63,720 nucleotides of DNA from Candidatus Poseidoniales archaeon. Its GTDB lineage: Archaea > Thermoplasmatota > Poseidoniia > Poseidoniales > Thalassarchaeaceae. Within the stretch, counting starts at the first letter, position 1; the number at the start of each line of letters is the position of its first letter. Positions 18,519-27,368 of this stretch are shown in pieces. The translations under genes and the position numbers were made by a program. Under the pieces are notes generated by a model that was not told the origin of the DNA, ran no database searches, and saw only the letters and a list, made by a program, of their open reading frames with translations. The stretch is taken from NCBI GenBank assembly GCA_003602515.1, contig QQSB01000002.1, positions 6,296-70,015 of the forward strand, written 5' to 3'.

Positions 18519-18982
18519 GTGGATTGGTGCACTCGATCAACATCAGCTCCGGCGGGGTACCCAAGAGAACCGTTGATTCCGCCAAGATCGGTAAGAAGGG
18601 GGTCGAAGGCGACTTCAACCGGTTCCGAGACGGACAGGGGGGGGATCTCGATAGAGCGGTCTGCATCTTCTCCCTCGAGCGGATCGAGGAACTGAAGTCG
18701 GAGGGACACCCCATAGAGGTCGGTTCGACTGGCGAGAACCTGACGATTCGTGGAGTCGAGTGGGACTCCCTAGTTGAGGGGGCGAGGCTGGAGATTGGTG
18801 ACGTCGTCTTGGAGCTCAGCGAGCCCTGTGCGCCTTGCTCGAAGATAGGCGAGTCGTTCATCGATAGGCGGTTTGGTAGAGTCGATCACGTCCAAGAGTT
18901 CGGTTGGTCGAGGTGGTTAGCGCGCGTTGTACGGGAAGGTACGGTCTCGATTGGTGATTCCGTGAATATAGTTATTACTTGA
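18515..18982 (+). CDS. stand-alone MOSC domain protein
   Basis: GENLTIRG and the invariant cysteine context EPCAPCSKIG. Its ATG overlaps the kinase TGA (ATGA). Confidence 0.75.
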   Translation: MSGLVHSINISSGGVPKRTVDSAKIGKKGVEGDFNRFRDGQGGDLDRAVCIFSLERIEELKSEGHPIEVGSTGENLTIRGVEWDSLVEGARLEIGDVVLELSEPCAPCSKIGESFIDRRFGRVDHVQEFGWSRWLARVVREGTVSIGDSVNIVIT

Positions 18983-19000
18983 AACCGCTAGAATTCCACC

Positions 19001-19918
19001 ATGGTAACAGTTACCGATAGCTGGATGTTACGAAGAGGCGGACGAAGGCTGGGGTTTGTTGAGAGGCTCTCACGAGGCTGGAAGATGACGAAACTCGGGA
19101 TGGCAGTGGTCAGGGCTGATCCAGAGTTGATGGTCTACACCTTTCTTTCTGCCGTATTTTCTCTGGTAGCGATCGGTGCGGCTGTCTCCGGCTCGGTCGG
19201 CCTAGATGTAATCGCCTCAGACCCCGAGTGCGTAGGTGAAGAATGCGGTAGCGAATTGGTTCTCGCTCACGCGGCAATTTGGTTCATCTTCTATCTGGTA
19301 GTATCTGTAATCACGGTCTTCTGGAACGCTGCAATCATCGCAAGCGCCTACGAGCGCCTCAGTTCGGGGACTAACCCAAGCTTCTCCTACGGCATAGGGC
19401 AAGCGATCAAGTGCCTCCCCCAGATTCTGGTTTGGGGCATAATTGCAGGCACGGTCGGGCTTTTCATCCAGGCCCTCGAGGGCCTTGCCCACAGCGAGGA
19501 CTCGCCCCCGCCGCTCAGGTTAATTGCAGGGCTGGCTAGTTTCATCATAGGGATTGCTTGGTGGATTGTCACATTCTTCGTGATTCCAATGATCGTCCTA
19601 GAGAGGGCAGGAGTCCTTGATGGCATGAGTAGGAGTACTGAGCTGTTCAAGAGAACTTGGGGGGAGGATGTGGCGTCTCATGTATCAACCGGGCTACTGA
19701 TGCTTCTCTGCATATTACTTCTCTTTGCAGTATCCACCCCTCTAATGATGGTGGGTGACATTGGCCTAATCCTTGGATTGATTATCCTAGCCGTGGGTCT
19801 GCTATTCACAGTTCTCTTCTTCTCGACTGTTGAAGCGGTTAGCAGGGCGTCACTGTTTTACTATGCGAAGACAGGTCAGATGCCTCCGATGGCTGCTAAG
19901 GTCGGGATAAGGTTCTGA
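19001..19918 (+). CDS. multi-pass membrane protein (DUF6159-like)
   Basis: RLSRGWKMTKLGMAVVRADPELMVY followed by about 6 TM helices. Confidence 0.5.
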   Translation: MVTVTDSWMLRRGGRRLGFVERLSRGWKMTKLGMAVVRADPELMVYTFLSAVFSLVAIGAAVSGSVGLDVIASDPECVGEECGSELVLAHAAIWFIFYLVVSVITVFWNAAIIASAYERLSSGTNPSFSYGIGQAIKCLPQILVWGIIAGTVGLFIQALEGLAHSEDSPPPLRLIAGLASFIIGIAWWIVTFFVIPMIVLERAGVLDGMSRSTELFKRTWGEDVASHVSTGLLMLLCILLLFAVSTPLMMVGDIGLILGLIILAVGLLFTVLFFSTVEAVSRASLFYYAKTGQMPPMAAKVGIRF

Positions 19919-20137
19919 GTGATATAATGGCCAATAGCGGTTCCCCTGGTGCAGATCTAATCGAAGAGTTGGTTGTAGTGGTCGCTGATAATATCCCTGA
20001 AGGCCACGAAGACGGAGTGTGGAGGGCCTTCCGAAGGGCCTTTGCAGTCTGCTTGCCGTTACTCCCTATCGGATACCTGGCAATGTGGAAGTTAGGATAC
20101 CTCTGAAATAGGCTGTCGTAAGCCCGCTGACTCACAA

Positions 20138-20222
20138 GCAGAGGTACCCGAGCGGTCAAAGGGGCTGGGATGAGGTCCCAGTGCGTAGTGCTTCGCAGGT
20201 TCGAATCCTGCCCTCTGCACCA
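20138..20222 (+). tRNA. tRNA-Leu (anticodon GAG), class II with long variable arm, CCA encoded
   Basis: Hand-folded cloverleaf. Acceptor GCAGAGG/CCTCTGC. Anticodon stem CTGGG/CCCAG with loop ATGAGGT (U33, GAG, G37). 13-nt variable region. T arm GCAGG-TTCGAAT-CCTGC. Discriminator A, then CCA. Confidence 0.85.
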
Positions 20223-20825
20223 TTACTGGAAGGCTATCCAAATTGCCACTGCAAACAGAGATGTCCCCATTAACCTGTTGAGAGCTACAGCCGAAGTAGG
20301 AGTCGAAAAGGCCCTTCTAAGAGCGGTTCCAAATGCCGCCCACGACATTACAGCAGGGAGTCCGAACATGACATTTAGGAGGACGAGGAGTGCCTTTCCG
20401 ACGAAACCAGAACCGAATACTGTTCCGAATGTGGTCATCAGTACGAGGAAGTGGATCCATGCCTTGCCGTTCACGAACTGAATCGCGACACCCGTGGAGA
20501 AACCGAGACGCTCATTCTCCTGTGATCCATTATCCAAAGGGTCAGATGTCGCGATTTTGTATGAAAGGTAGGCTATGTACGCGGCCCCGATGTATGTCAG
20601 AATTTCGAAGAACTCCTGGTTGTCCTCTATGAAGACGGTGGCACCTCCCACGAATAGGCCTAGGACGGACCACCCGACTGCCATACCAGAGATTAGCGTC
20701 AGCGTCCCCTTGAATCCATGTTGAGAACCATGAGCTGCGCACAGTACGTTGTTTGGGCCTGGGCTGAAGCACATAGGGATAATGAACACGAGAGTCGCGA
20801 TCAGGAGTCCATCCATGCCAATCAT
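20223..20825 (-). CDS. LysE/RhtB family amino-acid exporter
   Basis: N-terminal FSPGPNN motif, about 6 TM helices, 200 aa. Confidence 0.75.
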   Translation of the reverse strand: MIGMDGLLIATLVFIIPMCFSPGPNNVLCAAHGSQHGFKGTLTLISGMAVGWSVLGLFVGGATVFIEDNQEFFEILTYIGAAYIAYLSYKIATSDPLDNGSQENERLGFSTGVAIQFVNGKAWIHFLVLMTTFGTVFGSGFVGKALLVLLNVMFGLPAVMSWAAFGTALRRAFSTPTSAVALNRLMGTSLFAVAIWIAFQ

Positions 20826-20829
20826 CCAT

Positions 20830-22038
20830 TCACGATTGGCTTTCTATCAAAGCCTGTTCAATGTCGGACCAAAGGTCTTCGACGTCCTCTAATCCGATGC
20901 TCATCCTGACGAAACCCGGTATGATTCCCGCCTCTAGCCTGACTTCCTCAGGGACAAACATATGGCTTGTGTTGAAGGGGCAGGTTACTAGGCTCTCGAT
21001 GCCACCTAGGCTTGTTGCCTCGAAGATAATCTCCAGTGCACGGATGAATCGCATTGCACTCTCATCACCGCCCTTCACTGCGAAGGACAACATGCCGGTC
21101 CCCTTTGGTGCTATTCTCTTAGCAACCTCATAATCAGCGAAACTCGGAAGAGAGGGGTGGTTAACGCTGACTATGGCTGAGTGCCCCTCTAGTCTCCGGG
21201 CAATTTCAGAAGAGTTAGAGGCGTGGATTGGCATCCTAGCATGGAGTGTCCTCATCCCCCTTTCCAGTAGGTAGCACATTTGTGGATCTGCGGATCCTCC
21301 TAGTTTGGTTTTAGCTTCGAAGACGCCTTTGATCAAGTCCGCTCTGCCCACGACGATACCGGCTGTTAGGTCTGTATGGCCATTCAGGAATTTTGTCCCA
21401 GAGTGAATCACTAGATCAAAGCCCATTGAAATTGGGCGGCAAGCCCATGGGGTTGCAAACGTATTATCGACGATGGAGATAAGTCCGTGCTTCTTGGCGA
21501 GTGAGGCCATCGCATCAAGATCGCAGACCTTGAGGACCGGATTGGTGATGGTCTCTACATAGAGCAGCTTAGTATTCTCATTTATCGCGGCCTCAAAGGA
21601 GCTGGGGTCCCTGATATCTGCCATGGTGACATCGATCCCGAACCTAGGTAAGTATGAGGTCATCAGGCCATATGTCCCTCCATAAATATCGGCAGACGTT
21701 ACTATATGATCTCCTTTGGAAAGAAGCGAGAGTAGTGTGGAAGATATTGCTGCCATCCCACTACCGAATGCCTCACCATCCTCCGCACCTTCAAGAGAGG
21801 CTACCTTGGCAGCTACTGCCTCTGAATTCACGCTAGAGTATCTGCTATACATCAGAGTGTGTTGAGCACCTTCGGCCCACTTTCTATATCGCTCGTCCGA
21901 TAGTTGATAGGTGGAGGTGGTGAAAATTGGTGTAACAGCCGAGCCCTCCAGATTATTGGTCCCAGACCAGACAGCCTTAGTGGAAAACCTGCGTTCAGTG
22001 AACTTGTCATCCATGACACGGGATTGGCCAGTTAGCAA
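20830..22038 (-). CDS. Cys/Met-metabolism PLP enzyme (O-acylhomoserine sulfhydrylase / methionine gamma-lyase family)
   Basis: HSGTKFLNGHTDLTAG holds the PLP lysine. The start may be the internal ATG at 22014 (MDDKF). Confidence 0.85.
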   Translation of the reverse strand: MLTGQSRVMDDKFTERRFSTKAVWSGTNNLEGSAVTPIFTTSTYQLSDERYRKWAEGAQHTLMYSRYSSVNSEAVAAKVASLEGAEDGEAFGSGMAAISSTLLSLLSKGDHIVTSADIYGGTYGLMTSYLPRFGIDVTMADIRDPSSFEAAINENTKLLYVETITNPVLKVCDLDAMASLAKKHGLISIVDNTFATPWACRPISMGFDLVIHSGTKFLNGHTDLTAGIVVGRADLIKGVFEAKTKLGGSADPQMCYLLERGMRTLHARMPIHASNSSEIARRLEGHSAIVSVNHPSLPSFADYEVAKRIAPKGTGMLSFAVKGGDESAMRFIRALEIIFEATSLGGIESLVTCPFNTSHMFVPEEVRLEAGIIPGFVRMSIGLEDVEDLWSDIEQALIESQS

Positions 22039-22047
22039 TAATGGTGC

Positions 22048-23163
22048 TTATTCCATACCTAAGGCGTGAAGCACCGATTTGATATTCGGTTCGACCACTA
22101 CTGACTTCGCCTTTGCATTCTCTATCGCAATACCCGGATCCTTCAGACCATGCCCGGTTACTGTGACCACCACGGTCGAGCCTTGAGTAATCTGTCCCCT
22201 TGCATGACTCTTGACGATACCGGCAATTCCGGCGGCAGATGCCGGTTCGACGAAAATCCCCTCTGTTCTGGCAAGCATCCTGTGGGCATCTAGGATTTCA
22301 TCATCAGATACAGTATCGATTTCTCCTGATGATTCCTCAGAGGCCCTTACCGCCTGTTCCCAACTCGCTGGATTTCCTATTCTTATTGCCGTTGCCACGG
22401 TCTCCGGGGATGTGACAATATGGCCCTTCACTATGGGGGCCGAGCCCTCGGCCTGCCAACCCATCATCCTCGGTAGTGAAGTGGATTTTCCAGACTCCTT
22501 ATACTCGTTATACCCCATCCAGTAAGATGTGATGTTGCCCGCGTTTCCAACCGGTAGGAAGTGCATATCAGGTGCATCTCCTAGCTCGTCACAGATCTCG
22601 AAGGCGGCTGTCTTCTGGCCTTGGATTCTGAAGGGGTTTATACTGTTGACAATCTCTATGTCATCTCTCATTCCCAACTCCCTTACCAACTCCAACGCGT
22701 CATCGAAGTTGCCCCTAATCTCGATTGTCTTGGCACCATGGATTAGGGCTTGAGCCATCTTCCCGTAGGATATCTTTCCCTCTGGGATCAGGACCACGCA
22801 CGTCAACCCGGCTCTGGCGGCGTAGGCCGCTGCAGAAGCGCTGGTATTTCCGGTGCTAGCACATACTATTGCCCGGGCGTCGTTCTCCACTGCCTTAGTC
22901 ACGGCCATTGTCATCCCTCGATCCTTGAACGAGGCTGTGGGGTTGAGTCCCTCATATTTTACGAATAAACTGAATCCTCCCCCCATTGCCTGGACTAGAT
23001 TGTATGATTGGATTAGGGGCGTGTTCCCCTCATTCAGAGAGATGATGCAGGTGTCTTCAGAAACTGGTAGGAACTCCCGGTACCTATGAATGACCCCATG
23101 GCCTCCCATGCTTACGGCTGTTGGTGAATACTCCATGAACCTCCCTATTGGAGCGAGCAGCAT
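22048..23163 (-). CDS. thrC: threonine synthase
   Basis: HRYREFLPVSEDT..LNEGNTPLI, FKDRGMT (PLP lysine) and GNTSASAAAYAA. The start could be an internal ATG (23136 or 23109). Confidence 0.85.
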   Translation of the reverse strand: MLLAPIGRFMEYSPTAVSMGGHGVIHRYREFLPVSEDTCIISLNEGNTPLIQSYNLVQAMGGGFSLFVKYEGLNPTASFKDRGMTMAVTKAVENDARAIVCASTGNTSASAAAYAARAGLTCVVLIPEGKISYGKMAQALIHGAKTIEIRGNFDDALELVRELGMRDDIEIVNSINPFRIQGQKTAAFEICDELGDAPDMHFLPVGNAGNITSYWMGYNEYKESGKSTSLPRMMGWQAEGSAPIVKGHIVTSPETVATAIRIGNPASWEQAVRASEESSGEIDTVSDDEILDAHRMLARTEGIFVEPASAAGIAGIVKSHARGQITQGSTVVVTVTGHGLKDPGIAIENAKAKSVVVEPNIKSVLHALGME

Positions 23164-23176
23164 GGAGGGTTATGTT

Positions 23177-23878
23177 CTATTTTGAGCCTATTCTTCCGGC
23201 AATGGATAAGCAGGATGCCACCACAGGACCGATTGCTATTGCGAAAAGGATCGTCCCGAAACCGAAGGTTCCTCCAAGGATTACTCCGATGATTAGTACT
23301 GAGGTTTCCAAGGTGATTCTGACCCTGCCAATTGGGACCCCAGTGACCCTCTGCAGGCCAGTCATCCATCCATCTCTCGGTCCGGGACCAAGGTTTGCGG
23401 TCAGGTACATCGAGCTACCGATACCCACTAGTATTATTCCTGAGGAAGCCATTAGAATTGAGCCAGCGAAACTCTCAGGCTGGGGTAATATTGGTACCAT
23501 GACGTGAATAGTGAGAGCGATTATGATAGCATTCAGGATTGTTCCGATTCCTGGAATTTCCTTGATAGGGATCCAAAGAAACATTACTACTGCACTTACG
23601 ACGAGCGTTGCCTCTCCTATAGTCCAATTTTGGACGAAGATCGAGATTCCTTCGGCCAAGACTGTCCAGGGAGTATTTCCAATCCCTGCTGCAATCAGAA
23701 GCGAGTCTCCCAATCCGAACAGAAACTCGCCAATTACTAGGATAGCCATCGTTGACCGCTTTGGCTTCAATGACATTGGGTCTGGGGAACTCCACCAGAC
23801 AGTCGGTACCTTCTTTGCCGGTCGAAGGATTTCCACTAATCCCATGTACCACGAAGAGCGTCTCAGCCTTGAACCCAA
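23177..23878 (-). CDS. YczE/YitT-like membrane protein
   Basis: FLFGLGDSLLIAAGIGNTPWTVL and multiple TM helices. The start is uncertain (the ATG at 23845 would avoid overlap with cutA). Confidence 0.5.
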   Translation of the reverse strand: MGSRLRRSSWYMGLVEILRPAKKVPTVWWSSPDPMSLKPKRSTMAILVIGEFLFGLGDSLLIAAGIGNTPWTVLAEGISIFVQNWTIGEATLVVSAVVMFLWIPIKEIPGIGTILNAIIIALTIHVMVPILPQPESFAGSILMASSGIILVGIGSSMYLTANLGPGPRDGWMTGLQRVTGVPIGRVRITLETSVLIIGVILGGTFGFGTILFAIAIGPVVASCLSIAGRIGSK

Positions 23879-24177
23879 TCGTAGTATTCTTTTGTGGAAT
23901 CAACGGCCCACCAGAAGATCGCTGGGACGTCATAGGAATGTTCGGATTTTATTTTAGAGATTAATTCGTCTTTTTTAGATTCGGAGGTTCTAATTTGAAT
24001 ATCCCATTCGGGAGTATTATGGATTTCTCCTTCCCATCTGTAAACTGAGTTCGTTCTCTTTATGTCAACGCAAGCTGCTAGATTGGAGTCGATAATTGAT
24101 TGGCACCACATACCTACTTCGACATCATTCATTTCACCGGAGAGGGTTGTCTGCACTATCCACACGGTTCCGCTCAT
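23863..24177 (-). CDS. cutA: divalent-cation tolerance protein CutA
   Basis: LAACVDI..VYRWEGEI..E and SYDVPAIF motifs. The internal ATG at 24177 (MSGTVWIV) gives the normal size of about 104 aa. Confidence 0.75.
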   Translation of the reverse strand: MSGTVWIVQTTLSGEMNDVEVGMWCQSIIDSNLAACVDIKRTNSVYRWEGEIHNTPEWDIQIRTSESKKDELISKIKSEHSYDVPAIFWWAVDSTKEYYDWVQG

Positions 24178-24253
24178 GGCGGCTCGTAGTATCGATAACA
24201 GAAGAACCCCATGGCATAGTTTGAATGATGATGCCCCTCCCAACCAAATCAAG

Positions 24254-25612
24254 ATGGAAGGTTGGGAAGGCCCGATAGATACAGGAGAGGTCCCAGAGGA
24301 TGGCTCCTACTTCGATGTCATTGTTGTTGGGGGTGGGCCAAGCGGCTCTGCTGCTGCCTCATACAATGCAATGAATGGCTGCAAGGTGCTTCTTATTGAG
24401 AAGGAAGTTTGGCCAAGGGACAAGGTTTGCGGGGACGCTGTGGGAGGGAAGTCTCTGTCTCACGTGAAGGAGCTAGGTGTGAAGGAGATGGTCGAATCGA
24501 CCCCTCACTTCATGGTTGACTCGATCGTATTCGGATCTGCAAATGGGAACACTGTCAAGGTGATGCTCCCCCAAGATGACTTCGAGAAGAAGATGGCTGG
24601 CTACTCGCTACCAAGAAAGCAATTTGACTACATGATGTTCAAGAGGGCCACAGAGATAGTCACTGAGTCTGGAGGTTCGGTGATTCAGGGATTCAATGTG
24701 GAGGAGGTTCAGGAGGAGGATGGGAAAATTACGGGAGTAACTGGGAGTTTCGGAGGGAGATCCTCAAAGAGTCCGACATTGGGTTTCACTTCCGCTCTCA
24801 CGATTGGCGCTGCTGGTTACAGGTGCCCAGTAGCCACGAAGTTGGTAGAAGGGGTTCACGGAGAGCCGATGAGGGATGACGATCACTACTGTGGAGGATA
24901 CAGAGAATACTGGGAGGGTGTGGGCGGTTTCGAGGGAAGCAGTGGACCGATTGAGATTCACTTCATAGAAGGGGTGATCCCCGGTTACTTCTGGCTATTC
25001 CCCGTCCAAGAAGGAGTGGTTAATGTCGGAATCGGAATGGTAATCTCTGAGCAGAGGAAGCAGACTGGAGCCAGCAAGTCTCTGAAGAAGAAACAGCGTT
25101 GGGTAATCGAAAACCATCCGGTTTTCAAAGAGCGTTTCAAGGATGCGAGGATAGTTGAGGGATCGCAGAAGGGATGGCAGCTACCGTTCGGTTCACCCAG
25201 GAAGAGCCCCCCCTCCTACCAACCGAGGAGAACCGCTGGTGCGGGTGTGATGTGTGTGGGTGACGCGGCTAGCCTAGTCGACCCTTTCAGTGGCGAGGGC
25301 ATTGGAAACGGTCTATTGTCCGCCAAGATGACATCGAAGTACTTCGACAAAGATTCTCATGCCGATGGTTTTCCCGAGGACCAAGCTATCGAGTACATGA
25401 ACGACCTATGGGGTACACTGGGTAAGGAATTGACCAACTCTTACAGACTCCAGAAGGTGGTAAAGTGGAAGAGGCTGATGAACTGGTTCGTTGGAAAGTC
25501 ATCTCGCAAGGAGGAGATGGGTGATATGCTGACGGGAATGATCGCCGACAAAGAAGCCCAGAAGGCACTCTGGAGTCCTTGGTTCCTATTCAAGACTATA
25601 TTGTTGCCATGA
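24254..25612 (+). CDS. geranylgeranyl reductase family flavoprotein
   Basis: FDVIVVGGGPSGSAAA FAD motif, CGDAV and VGDAASLVDPFSGEGI. The long ORF-track N-terminus (from 24062) overlaps cutA and is rejected. Confidence 0.8.
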   Translation: MEGWEGPIDTGEVPEDGSYFDVIVVGGGPSGSAAASYNAMNGCKVLLIEKEVWPRDKVCGDAVGGKSLSHVKELGVKEMVESTPHFMVDSIVFGSANGNTVKVMLPQDDFEKKMAGYSLPRKQFDYMMFKRATEIVTESGGSVIQGFNVEEVQEEDGKITGVTGSFGGRSSKSPTLGFTSALTIGAAGYRCPVATKLVEGVHGEPMRDDDHYCGGYREYWEGVGGFEGSSGPIEIHFIEGVIPGYFWLFPVQEGVVNVGIGMVISEQRKQTGASKSLKKKQRWVIENHPVFKERFKDARIVEGSQKGWQLPFGSPRKSPPSYQPRRTAGAGVMCVGDAASLVDPFSGEGIGNGLLSAKMTSKYFDKDSHADGFPEDQAIEYMNDLWGTLGKELTNSYRLQKVVKWKRLMNWFVGKSSRKEEMGDMLTGMIADKEAQKALWSPWFLFKTILLP

Positions 25613-25624
25613 TGTGGTAGGAAC

Positions 25625-26410
25625 GTGGAAAGCGGATTGGACGAGTCACTCGATGGAATCGCTGCCGTGTTCCTGGATCTTGATGGAACCATATACCTCG
25701 GAGACGGTCTAATCGAGGGGGCTTCTCAGTTCCTTGACAGATTGGAGCAACATGGAATCAGGAGATTCTTCCTCTCGAATAACTCTAGTAAGTCGGTGAG
25801 CCAATATCTGGAAAAGCTTAGGATAATGGGCATCGACGCTACCGAAGGAGAGATTTTACTTTCTACTCACGATTTGATTTCTTGGCTATCCGACGAGGGG
25901 GTAGTAGACACTTTCCTGGTAGGGACAGAGGGAATGAGGGAGATGCTCGAGAGTAGTGGTTTTAGCACCGTCTCAGATGATCCTGAGTATGTGGTTCTCG
26001 GTTATGACACTGAGATAAATTACGATAAGCTCGCCACGTCTTCCATTCATCTGCACAACGGGGTACCCATGGTTGCGAGCCATCCTGACATGGTGTGTCC
26101 TTCCCCAGTTGGTGATCTCCCAGACACGGGTGCATACATGGCTCTATTCGAGGCTACTACCGGTGTGAGGCCGAAGCATGTCTGTGGGAAGCCCAACAAG
26201 GGCATGATCCTACACAAGATCAAGGAGATTGGTATTCAACCGTCCAATTGCGCCATGGTAGGAGATCGCCTGTATACCGATATGGAGATGGCAGATAGAG
26301 CGGGTGTTCACGGCATACTTGTGCTCTCAGGTGAGGCAACAAGAGAGGATTTGGATCTGAGTAATCTGAAGCCGTCTCTGGTGGTGGACTCAGTCGCATC
26401 TCTGCTTTGA
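25625..26410 (+). CDS. HAD-superfamily subfamily IIA phosphatase (NagD-like)
   Basis: FLDLDGTIY, FLSNNSS, GKPN and MVGDRLYTDM. GTG start. Confidence 0.75.
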   Translation: MESGLDESLDGIAAVFLDLDGTIYLGDGLIEGASQFLDRLEQHGIRRFFLSNNSSKSVSQYLEKLRIMGIDATEGEILLSTHDLISWLSDEGVVDTFLVGTEGMREMLESSGFSTVSDDPEYVVLGYDTEINYDKLATSSIHLHNGVPMVASHPDMVCPSPVGDLPDTGAYMALFEATTGVRPKHVCGKPNKGMILHKIKEIGIQPSNCAMVGDRLYTDMEMADRAGVHGILVLSGEATREDLDLSNLKPSLVVDSVASLL

Positions 26411-26419
26411 GTAGGTATG

Positions 26420-27193
26420 TTAATTCCTCAATTTTGACATTCCGCCATCGAGGTGTAGGACCTGCCCAGTCATATTGTCAGGGGCTGAAGTCAAGAGCCA
26501 GTGAACAGAGTTGGCAACCTCTTCAGGCAGGTTGATTCTCCTGAGGGGGATCATGCCGACAGCGGCTCTCTTTGAAGCATCAGGAGAGGTAATCGGGGCA
26601 GATAGTCTGGTATCTGTCAGCCCTGGAGCGACAACGTTGACTCTAATCCCTCTGCGTGCGTATGTGGATGCTGCTGAACGTGCCATCGACTCGACCCCTC
26701 CCTTGGCCGCAGACACGGCCTCGTGATTGACAAGCCCTAGGCTACCTGCCACACTGGACGTGAATACAACTCGTCCTCCCCCATTTCTGAGCATCTGCTT
26801 GCACGCTACAGATAGCGTGACGAAAGCACTTGTCAAATTAGTCCTGACGACCTCTTCGAACGACTCCAGACTCATCGCATGGGGAGGTCTGACCGCGAAT
26901 GATCCGACCATGTGTGCGACTCCATCTAGTCTACCATCTCCGACTTTGATCGCGGCTAGAACGGCTTCTTTGACCAATTCCTCATCATTAGCATCCCCAA
27001 CAAAAATATTATCGATGTCTGAGAGCAAGTCGGACATGCGCTCTTTGTCTCTGACCAGAACTGAGACCCTATGTCCACCGTCAACCAGTTTGCGGCACAC
27101 CAACATGGCGATATCGCTACTGCCGCCGACAATCAGATAGGAGCCCACGATGTACCCTACCCCTGATTGGACGTTCTTGATTCTGACACCCAT
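26420..27193 (-). CDS. short-chain dehydrogenase/reductase family protein (atypical active site)
   Basis: SSVAG, RVNVVAPG and a Rossmann N-terminus. Aligned by eye to FabG, the YxxxK tyrosine position reads V (VSAAK). Confidence 0.7.
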   Translation of the reverse strand: MGVRIKNVQSGVGYIVGSYLIVGGSSDIAMLVCRKLVDGGHRVSVLVRDKERMSDLLSDIDNIFVGDANDEELVKEAVLAAIKVGDGRLDGVAHMVGSFAVRPPHAMSLESFEEVVRTNLTSAFVTLSVACKQMLRNGGGRVVFTSSVAGSLGLVNHEAVSAAKGGVESMARSAASTYARRGIRVNVVAPGLTDTRLSAPITSPDASKRAAVGMIPLRRINLPEEVANSVHWLLTSAPDNMTGQVLHLDGGMSKLRN

Positions 27194-27334
27194 GAAGCCA
27201 GTTGTCTCTCTAACTTAGCCCAAAGTTCGCTATTATCCACATCTTCCATGAGGTCGGTTTTCCAAGTAGAGGTATATACTTCTGTTTTTTACAAACGGGC
27301 TAGAAATTCATTTTTCCCCTTACAACCGGACACA

Positions 27335-27347
27335 ATAGTATATATTT
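27335..27347 (+). promoter_or_regulatory. TATA box of the proteorhodopsin gene
   Basis: ATAGTATATATTT is centred about 28 nt upstream of the ATG at 27369, implying a leaderless or near-leaderless mRNA. Confidence 0.5.
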
Positions 27348-27368
27348 GCGAGATTACGCGAATTGAAT

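Noticed and set aside
18180-18644. G8 homopolymer runs (18180-18187, 18637-18644) and several G7 runs elsewhere (for example about 45621 and 47441) as possible phase-variation or frameshift sites
   Set aside because: All lie in frame within intact ORFs and encode Gly-Gly. Such runs are scattered across housekeeping genes too, so they look like a compositional habit or a potential sequencing-error hotspot rather than a switch.
19919-20830. tRNA-linked integrated element (integrase, attachment repeats) around tRNA-Leu
   Set aside because: There is no integrase or recombinase-like ORF, and I noticed no repeat of the tRNA 3' half. The flanking genes are ordinary membrane and amino-acid metabolism genes.
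24062-24253. Long N-terminal extensions in the ORF track: GGR from 24062, pyrF from 52153, moeA to 47513, MMPL from 32878, uvrA to 44813, thermosome to 10628, pfdA to 55952, LX to 58927, cutA to 24252
   Set aside because: The extensions overlap well-supported genes on the other strand or run through a strong hairpin, and they lack family-typical sequence. In each case an internal ATG restores the canonical N-terminus.
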